Shown: positions 12,965 to 18,214 of the stretch, piece by piece
Layout: the number at the start of each line of letters is the position of its first letter
Position numbering within the stretch: the first letter of the stretch is position 1
Source of the DNA: a virus
Direction: 5' to 3' (one strand)
Virus record (IMG/VR): IMGVR_UViG_3300045988_120007
Location: 1 to 18,214 of that record
DNA: 18,214 bases
Position numbers and translations under genes: made by a program
The notes under the pieces: generated by a model
Database searches by the model: none
The model's input: only the letters and a program-made list of their open reading frames with translations
Told to the model about the DNA's origin: nothing

Positions 12965-12993
12965 ATATTACCATGCTATTCACTCTTTGACAA
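12965..12993 (-). promoter_or_regulatory. Promoter of the candidate ncRNA (extended -10)
   Basis: On the minus strand TTGTCA (12993-12988), 17-nt spacer, TGg TAATAT (12973-12965). The -35 is embedded in the last codons of ORF 12976..13158. Confidence 0.6.
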
Positions 12994-13158
12994 ATCTTCT
13001 TTAATTTTATCTTTAACATATTTACTAAACTTTTTCTTTTTCAATAAATCTTCAATGTATCCAACAACTTCAACTTCATCTTTATTTACACATATGCAAT
13101 ATTTATTTACATGATCTCGATACCATTGGTTTCTATGCTCTTTCGATTTTTCGCTCAT
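12976..13158 (-). CDS. Small basic protein, possible ribbon-helix-helix (CopG/Arc-like) DNA-binding regulator (about 60 aa)
   Basis: The track start is ATG 13185, overlapping the upstream ORF by 53 nt. ATG 13158 (MSEKSKEH...) follows AAGGTG by 9 nt. The pattern of a basic N-terminus, a short beta-like stretch (KYCICVNKD) and helices resembles RHH proteins. Weak call. Confidence 0.5.
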   Translation of the reverse strand: MSEKSKEHRNQWYRDHVNKYCICVNKDEVEVVGYIEDLLKKKKFSKYVKDKIKEDLSKSE

Positions 13159-13585
13159 CATCCTCATCACCTTCTTTTTCTTCATACCATGCCAACGGTT
13201 TACCTAATATATATGTGTGAACAAATTCATTCGTTTCATGGTTCACAATACTCCAGCCGTTTTCTAAATATTGGTTTAACATATCAATATCTTTTCGATA
13301 GGCTGAATAATCATAATCTTTTATAGATCGGACAACTACAACTTTATTTTTAAGTGGAGGACTTCCGAACATGATTTCATTAAATTCTTTTAGAGTCTTA
13401 TCACACTTTTTAAATATTGCGTTATCACGATGATAAACTTCATAACTTAAACTATCAAGCTCATTATTCAAATATTTATAATTATCAATTAATGACTCAT
13501 ATTTACAAAACATAACCAAACTAAAAATTACTAATACAATAATACAAATAATACAAATTAAAACCATTAAATTTATAAAATCCAT
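13133..13585 (-). CDS. Membrane-anchored early protein (N-terminal TM helix, coiled-coil, acidic tail; 150 aa)
   Basis: The N-terminal FINLMVLICIICIIVLVIFSLVMF is a clear TM segment. SD AAAGGAG is 7 nt upstream of ATG 13585. It lies downstream of the polymerase in the replication block. Confidence 0.7.
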   Translation of the reverse strand: MDFINLMVLICIICIIVLVIFSLVMFCKYESLIDNYKYLNNELDSLSYEVYHRDNAIFKKCDKTLKEFNEIMFGSPPLKNKVVVVRSIKDYDYSAYRKDIDMLNQYLENGWSIVNHETNEFVHTYILGKPLAWYEEKEGDEDDERKIERA

Positions 13586-13722
13586 TTTTCTACTCCTTTA
13601 TAATCCAAATAATCATTAGCCCCATCCCTATAATATATACAGTAAATAGAAATGTGACGCTTAAACAGCAAAATGCCATAAATAAATAATACAATATACT
13701 TGTTAAAACACTTATCACTTTA

Positions 13723-15549
13723 TCACCTACTCTTTATGCTGAATTGTCTATCGACTAATACAATACCACCGGGAACATGTGTTTTCTTTAAACAATCATT
13801 AATTACATTTCCAACTCTAAAGTTATCATATGTTACATTCTGTTTCGCCTTCTCTGTCATACCGGCGCATTTCACGTTCAAGTAATAACAGACACCACCA
13901 CGAATATAATACAAATTGTCTTTACAGTCATTCTCATCAATATACTCTTGCTGGTGCTCTACATATTCTTTATAACTGATTTCAATTTCTTCCACGTAAC
14001 TTTTAGCACCAATGAAATAAGATCTATTAAATATGGATTCTAAACCCCAATAGCCTAATTCTTTATCATCAATAATATCTTTAATTGCGTCCGGAACTTG
14101 TGTACCTACTAAATGTATAGAGTCCGTGTCAATATAAGCAACTCGATGGATACCTACCTTTTGTGCGGTAGTAATTGTATACTTACGTGCATAGGCTGTT
14201 ACAAATTCTCCGTAGGGCAAATAAATAGGGTCTCTGAATTGTTCGTCAATAACCTCTTTCACTTCTCCATCTTCAAAAGTTGTAAACATAGGATCATGAA
14301 GTCTTAATATACCATCATCCTCATCAATAAAAGGTATTTTAGGTGTAACATTTGGGTTCGTTGCGAATTTTCCATAAACAGAGTTCATTTTTCTTTTAGC
14401 GATAAATCGCTGTGCACCTTTGGAATTTTTCTTAACTTCCATCTGCTCATCAATAAACTGCCTTGCAATGCCTACACAACCTCTAAATTTATACCCATTA
14501 TGAAACTCCACATCATAAATATCATATTGTTCATTAAATAACTCCCAATCCACACTCGTGACAGTCATTCGTACAACGTCACCGTTTGAACTATCCACAT
14601 ATTTTTTACTTCCAAAAAATCGACTAAACTTGTCTAATGAAATACAAGGAATATGATCTTTTTTAATATCAAACGCAAAACTAATCACGCCTACCCACAA
14701 CGGATACTCATTATCATGCTGGTATTCCCCTTCAAAATAAATAGGTGTCTCGTACGGCAAATTTTCGTAGTACATACGTGAGGGAAAAAGTGAGTTTACA
14801 TCAAATACAATACCTTGTGATATTTCCTGTTCTTTTAGTTCCGGATTAGCCCAAACAAAGCCGCCAGCGTAAGCCGGTCTTAAATCTCTGTCAACATTCA
14901 TTTCTAATATTGGGAATATCTTTTCAAACGCCATAGGTAAGGTTTTCTTAAACGATTCAAAACTACAGCTTGTTGCCGTCATTTTGTTAAATCCTAACTT
15001 AAAACATTCGTTAAGAGCCATTCCCTCAATATCAATGTCGTTAAACAAATAATCTATTTCGTGTGGTGTTAACTCGTGTCCTTTTTCTCTTTTAGCCGTA
15101 TAATCTAACTTTAATTTACGAATTGGTAAATTAAAGTCATGTGCGATCTTTTTAATACTAAATGGAATTAATTTAAACGAGTCCCATATAGTTGTTTTCG
15201 TTGATCTATATATGGAATATTTCCACCAGATTTCAATTGAATACCATAAACCCGTATTAGAGATAATTGTTTTAAAACATCCGGTTTTAGGCTTTTCCGA
15301 ATATTCATAGCCATTATTTAAAAGCCAACTTACAATAAACTCACCATCAAACGCAAGATTATGGAAATACAATTTTCGCGTTTTTTCTTTACACCATTCA
15401 ATAAACCCGTCTATACTATTTCCATATTCTTTTATGGTCGAATCTTCAACAAAACTCGCACCCCATGCCCACACTCTACAGTCTAAAGGGTCGGTTGTAG
15501 TTTCAAAATCGCACGCCCAAATTTCTTTCGGACCTTTTTTCTTTGCCAT
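13723..15549 (-). CDS. Protein-primed family-B DNA polymerase (phi29 gp2-like)
   Basis: Motifs read directly: ExoI CDFETTT, ExoII HNLAFDGEFI, ExoIII YLFNDIDI, motif A FDVNSLFPS, motif B KMNSVYGKF, motif C YIDTDSIH, KxY AKSYVEE. 608 aa. Confidence 0.96.
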   Translation of the reverse strand: MAKKKGPKEIWACDFETTTDPLDCRVWAWGASFVEDSTIKEYGNSIDGFIEWCKEKTRKLYFHNLAFDGEFIVSWLLNNGYEYSEKPKTGCFKTIISNTGLWYSIEIWWKYSIYRSTKTTIWDSFKLIPFSIKKIAHDFNLPIRKLKLDYTAKREKGHELTPHEIDYLFNDIDIEGMALNECFKLGFNKMTATSCSFESFKKTLPMAFEKIFPILEMNVDRDLRPAYAGGFVWANPELKEQEISQGIVFDVNSLFPSRMYYENLPYETPIYFEGEYQHDNEYPLWVGVISFAFDIKKDHIPCISLDKFSRFFGSKKYVDSSNGDVVRMTVTSVDWELFNEQYDIYDVEFHNGYKFRGCVGIARQFIDEQMEVKKNSKGAQRFIAKRKMNSVYGKFATNPNVTPKIPFIDEDDGILRLHDPMFTTFEDGEVKEVIDEQFRDPIYLPYGEFVTAYARKYTITTAQKVGIHRVAYIDTDSIHLVGTQVPDAIKDIIDDKELGYWGLESIFNRSYFIGAKSYVEEIEISYKEYVEHQQEYIDENDCKDNLYYIRGGVCYYLNVKCAGMTEKAKQNVTYDNFRVGNVINDCLKKTHVPGGIVLVDRQFSIKSR

Positions 15550-15567
15550 ACTACAACCCCCTTTACA

Positions 15568-16410
15568 TTATTTATACTTAACAACACCATTTTTAACATA
15601 AGCGCGTCCGGTAAATACGGCTAAACTTTCTCTTACATCTGCCATATCAGATTTTAACGCTCGACTAAGCTGCTCATTAACAAACATTTGGTTTTCTGTA
15701 TACTCACGGCTTAAATCTAAATATTTAAACGTGTTCAATGCTTTTCTTTCTTGATAAAACCATTTTATAAAATCTTTATCTGATAATGATTTTATATCTT
15801 TTAAAATTTCTTTCGCTTCTTCTTCTGTAATTATATTGCCTCTAACATGTTTCCCTAAAGCTGTTTCATAATTCAATCTTAAATTCGTAATTTTTTTATT
15901 TTTCTTTTTAGTATTTTCCTCTAAACTTTCAATTCGATTAGCTAATTGTTTAGGATATCTATAACTCTGAATATTAACATGGTGGACGGGTTCAAAAAAT
16001 CCGCCTCTGTCATCTTTTAAAACAGATAAAGCGTTTCTAACACTAACACCCGTTGCAATACCGCCTTTTGTTTCTTTTAATTTCGTTAGACCGACACTTT
16101 TAGCTAGTTTTTTTCTTTGCTTATTCTGTTTATCCACTAGCTTATTAGCCTTTTCGATGTCATTTCGATTGAAAACAACACCGTACCTATTTTCAATGTA
16201 ACGATTCTCTTTATTAAATTTATCGATATCTCTCAAATACTTATTAAATTCTTTACGATCATTAAAATCTTTTATAGAACGAATGTCATTAAATACAACG
16301 TCTTGCCCTAGGTTTTGCGCCCTCGTTGCGGTTCTCTTGGCGCTTGCTATTGCATTTCTAAGACGCTTAACGTCTTTCGTACTTTTTCTCATTTTAGCCA
16401 ATTTAAACAC
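15568..16410 (-). CDS. Terminal protein (phi29 gp3 positional analogue)
   Basis: About 275-280 aa, very basic, immediately upstream of the polymerase as in phi29. The start is ambiguous: the track uses GTG 16410, TTG 16401 lies 8 nt after GGGGG, and ATG 16392 is also in frame. No sequence motif was recognised, so the call rests on context. Confidence 0.6.
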   Translation of the reverse strand: MFKLAKMRKSTKDVKRLRNAIASAKRTATRAQNLGQDVVFNDIRSIKDFNDRKEFNKYLRDIDKFNKENRYIENRYGVVFNRNDIEKANKLVDKQNKQRKKLAKSVGLTKLKETKGGIATGVSVRNALSVLKDDRGGFFEPVHHVNIQSYRYPKQLANRIESLEENTKKKNKKITNLRLNYETALGKHVRGNIITEEEAKEILKDIKSLSDKDFIKWFYQERKALNTFKYLDLSREYTENQMFVNEQLSRALKSDMADVRESLAVFTGRAYVKNGVVKYK

Positions 16411-16431
16411 CCCCTTTTAAGTCAAAAATAA

Positions 16432-16454
16432 AAGGGTGTTTGGCTAACACCCTT
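16432..16454 (-). terminator. Intrinsic terminator after the SSB-like gene
   Basis: Stem aagggtgtt (16432-16440) pairs with aacaccctt (16446-16454), with loop tggct. On the minus strand it is followed by TTATTTTT. Confidence 0.65.
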
Positions 16455-16465
16455 AATTAACTAGG

Positions 16466-16876
16466 CTATTTTACAGCCATTGACAAATATTTATTTGAGC
16501 TTGCGTTTGATTTTTTCTGAATAATCACAACGTGAATTGGTTGTTTTGTCCAATCATAGTTAAACACTTGTTTAAGCTGCTTTAATGATTGCAAGAAAGG
16601 TTTACTATTTGTAGCGTATGCCTTACCTTCTTTATCAATTACAGTAATTAACTTGCTACAGATAATCTCACCTGTTTTCTCATTTTCCTTTTCTACATCT
16701 TGAACGATAAAGCCTGTTAAAAATAAATCTTTTCCAACTTGATCGCTCAATCCCTCAGCGTTGTTAACAGCGTTGAACAAGTTGACACGCTGTTCATAAC
16801 TCATGTCATCCGTTACTACTAAACCATTTAAACCACTATTTTCCATTGTCATTACTTCATTTCCTAAATTTTCCAT
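16466..16876 (-). CDS. Putative single-stranded DNA-binding protein (phi29 gp5 positional analogue)
   Basis: The track start ATG 16906 has no SD. ATG 16876 follows AAAGGAG. It is about 136 aa and lies upstream of terminal protein and polymerase. The strand-rich pattern resembles small phage OB-fold SSBs. Tentative. Confidence 0.45.
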   Translation of the reverse strand: MENLGNEVMTMENSGLNGLVVTDDMSYEQRVNLFNAVNNAEGLSDQVGKDLFLTGFIVQDVEKENEKTGEIICSKLITVIDKEGKAYATNSKPFLQSLKQLKQVFNYDWTKQPIHVVIIQKKSNASSNKYLSMAVK

Positions 16877-16999
16877 ATTAATTTTTTCTCCTTTTAATTT
16901 TAACATTGCTTTTTCGATTTGTTTATTTTACGTTGTCAATCCTGTTTAAGCATAAAACCCTTTTACAACTTGCACGCTTTTTAGTGAAGTCATAACACT

Positions 17000-17221
17000 T
17001 TAATATCTTACATGACACACCTCCATTAATTCATCATATTTCATATTTATTAGAACAAACCACATAACCAACATTACAATCAACAATACAATAAAATTAA
17101 CATAACGACTAGATATTTTATAATATTTAAAGTTGCCTTTACAATGGTTATAAACTTGATACAGAGATAATAACACCCAAATAACCCAACTTGCAAGCAT
17201 TAAATTATTGTAAATACTCAT
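17000..17221 (-). CDS. Small early membrane protein (two predicted TM helices)
   Basis: The hydrophobic segments LMLASWVIWVLLSLY and FIVLLIVMLVMWFVLI are clear. The track start is GTG 17227 and ATG 17221 is more likely. It overlaps the upstream gene end. Confidence 0.6.
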   Translation of the reverse strand: MSIYNNLMLASWVIWVLLSLYQVYNHCKGNFKYYKISSRYVNFIVLLIVMLVMWFVLINMKYDELMEVCHVRY

Positions 17222-17507
17222 ACCCACGTCTCTCGTTCTCTTTAATCATATCCTCAAGTGATACAGCGCCCTGTAGAACCTTACGTTTAAATAACGTCAT
17301 AGTACTATAGCGAAACGAATATGTAGCTATAACACTTTTCGAGTTCAGCTTACGAATATCCATCCGAATTAAATGCCTACGCTGGTATACTAGATGAAAG
17401 CCAAGTTTATAATCACATAAGTAAGTTTCAATGATATCCACAATTTGATTCACATTATCCATAGTTAATTCACTTGGATTATGTGAATGTTTGTAAATTC
17501 TACTCAT
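17205..17507 (-). CDS. Early protein, unknown function (100 aa)
   Basis: ATG 17507 overlaps the upstream stop region. It is tightly packed in the right early operon. No motif recognised. Confidence 0.6.
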   Translation of the reverse strand: MSRIYKHSHNPSELTMDNVNQIVDIIETYLCDYKLGFHLVYQRRHLIRMDIRKLNSKSVIATYSFRYSTMTLFKRKVLQGAVSLEDMIKENERRGYEYLQ

Positions 17508-17778
17508 AACAATACCATCCCAAATCCTCAGCTAATTCATATAATACATCAACATAATCACAAAATGGAGGAATATAAACAACAGGTTGCCACCAGTCAT
17601 AGTGCCAATAAACACGCACTTTAATATTATGTTTTTCCATGTCGTCCAACATAGGTTTGCTTATTTGTCCATAAATGAAATTATATACAACTTTTTTCAA
17701 TTTATTTTTAGAAATATATCGCTCATTTGTAATACCATCATAATCAATACAAATGTTTCTAATACTATAATGTTTCAT
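17500..17778 (-). CDS. Early protein, unknown function (92 aa, Trp/Tyr-rich)
   Basis: SD AAGAGGTA lies 6 nt upstream of ATG 17778. No motif recognised. Confidence 0.6.
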   Translation of the reverse strand: MKHYSIRNICIDYDGITNERYISKNKLKKVVYNFIYGQISKPMLDDMEKHNIKVRVYWHYDWWQPVVYIPPFCDYVDVLYELAEDLGWYCYE

Positions 17779-17783
17779 AATTG

Positions 17784-18101
17784 CTACCTCTTTACAATAA
17801 AATCTGAAAGACTAATATAATCTTTATTTTCTTCGAAACAAATATGTAATAACATATCGCATAATTTGTTATACGTTCCTTTTTTAGAACCACCATAAAC
17901 AACGAAGTTACTCATATGACTACACCAAAAATAAACAGCCGTACCATGATCTACAACTTCGACTCTATTAATTTTTTGTTGCCATCCACTTCTCTTTGCT
18001 TTAAAGTTAGCATTGTTAAATCTTTCTTTAACCATGTTAGCCTTCCACAATAAATTCTTTTTTGTACATGTTCCATAAAATCTTTGTTCAATATGTGTCA
18101 T
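17784..18101 (-). CDS. Early protein, unknown function (105 aa, basic)
   Basis: Its ATG and first two codons lie inside the right ITR and use the ITR-borne SD. No motif recognised. Confidence 0.7.
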   Translation of the reverse strand: MTHIEQRFYGTCTKKNLLWKANMVKERFNNANFKAKRSGWQQKINRVEVVDHGTAVYFWCSHMSNFVVYGGSKKGTYNKLCDMLLHICFEENKDYISLSDFIVKR

Positions 18102-18129
18102 CTTGTTTCCCTCTTTTCTTTACACTCAT

Positions 18130-18157
18130 AGTATAGCATACATATTCTAGAATACAA
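18130..18157 (-). promoter_or_regulatory. Right early promoter inside the ITR (identical copy)
   Basis: Mirror copy of 58-85. On the minus strand TTGTAT is 18157-18152 and TATACT is 18135-18130. It drives the ORF starting at 18101. Confidence 0.6.
18143..18154. promoter_or_regulatory. Second copy of the 12-bp palindrome (right ITR)
   Basis: 18143-18154 reads tattctagaata, in the same position relative to the right early promoter. Confidence 0.35.
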
Positions 18158-18214
18158 CCCCTTTTATAATTTCACATAATCCACTACGGACCCAAGCGTG
18201 TCATTGTTTCACGT

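Larger units (their letters stand above)
18096..18214. repeat. Right inverted terminal repeat (119 bp)
   Basis: Exact reverse complement of 1-119. Confidence 0.97.

Noticed and set aside
13111-13326. 71-aa plus-strand ORF antisense to the membrane-protein and RHH-like genes
   Set aside because: Antisense shadow ORF, with no SD or promoter.
13700-14307. Plus-strand ORFs 13700..13885 and 14113..14307 antisense to the DNA polymerase gene
   Set aside because: They are embedded in a polymerase CDS in which all canonical motifs are readable. They are shadow ORFs.
16907-16999. Perfect TTGACA hexamer (minus strand, about 16938-16933) upstream of the SSB-like gene, considered as an internal early promoter
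   Set aside because: No acceptable -10 hexamer lies 16-18 nt downstream, where the sequence is CGAAAA or similar. The nearby TAAAAT is only 3 nt away. I therefore cannot support a promoter call from sequence alone.
17587-17820. 77-aa plus-strand ORF antisense to right early genes
   Set aside because: It is antisense to tightly packed, SD-preceded early genes, and its isoleucine/asparagine/phenylalanine-rich translation is typical of AT-rich shadow frames.
1-18214. Search for a lysogeny module (integrase, CI-like repressor, att site), tRNA genes and toxin-antitoxin or defence cassettes
   Set aside because: No ORF of suitable size or motif is present, and all ORFs of about 60 codons or more are accounted for. 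No cloverleaf-like tRNA sequence was noticed. The genome reads as a compact, strictly lytic phi29-like phage.

Overview
The window appears to be a complete 18,214-bp linear genome of a small, strictly lytic phi29-like podophage that replicates by protein priming. It is AT-rich, roughly one-third G+C by eye. Exact 119-bp inverted terminal repeats bound it. Each repeat carries a complete promoter, SD and start codon, so two short early operons are transcribed inward from both ends. Almost everything from 18101 down to 1167 is on the minus strand. The order is four small orphan early genes, a putative SSB, a terminal protein, a type-B protein-primed DNA polymerase, a membrane-anchored protein and a small RHH-like regulator. 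A self-contained promoter, ~155-nt structured RNA and terminator follows; this is the strongest novelty candidate, a prohead/packaging-RNA analogue. Then comes a late promoter driving scaffold, major capsid protein (phi29 gp8-like with a C-terminal Ig-like domain), a repeat-containing fibre, a receptor-binding candidate, a holin, a second fibre paralogue interrupted by a frameshift, and a tail lysin with phi29 gp13 domains in reversed order. Tail knob, portal, lower collar, a CHAP-SH3 endolysin and a gp16-type packaging ATPase complete the strand. Four small early ORFs plus a micro-ORF lie on the plus strand at the left end. No integrase, repressor module, tRNA or CRISPR array is visible. Family assignments rest on motifs I can read and on my memory of the phi29 proteins. 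No database search was possible.
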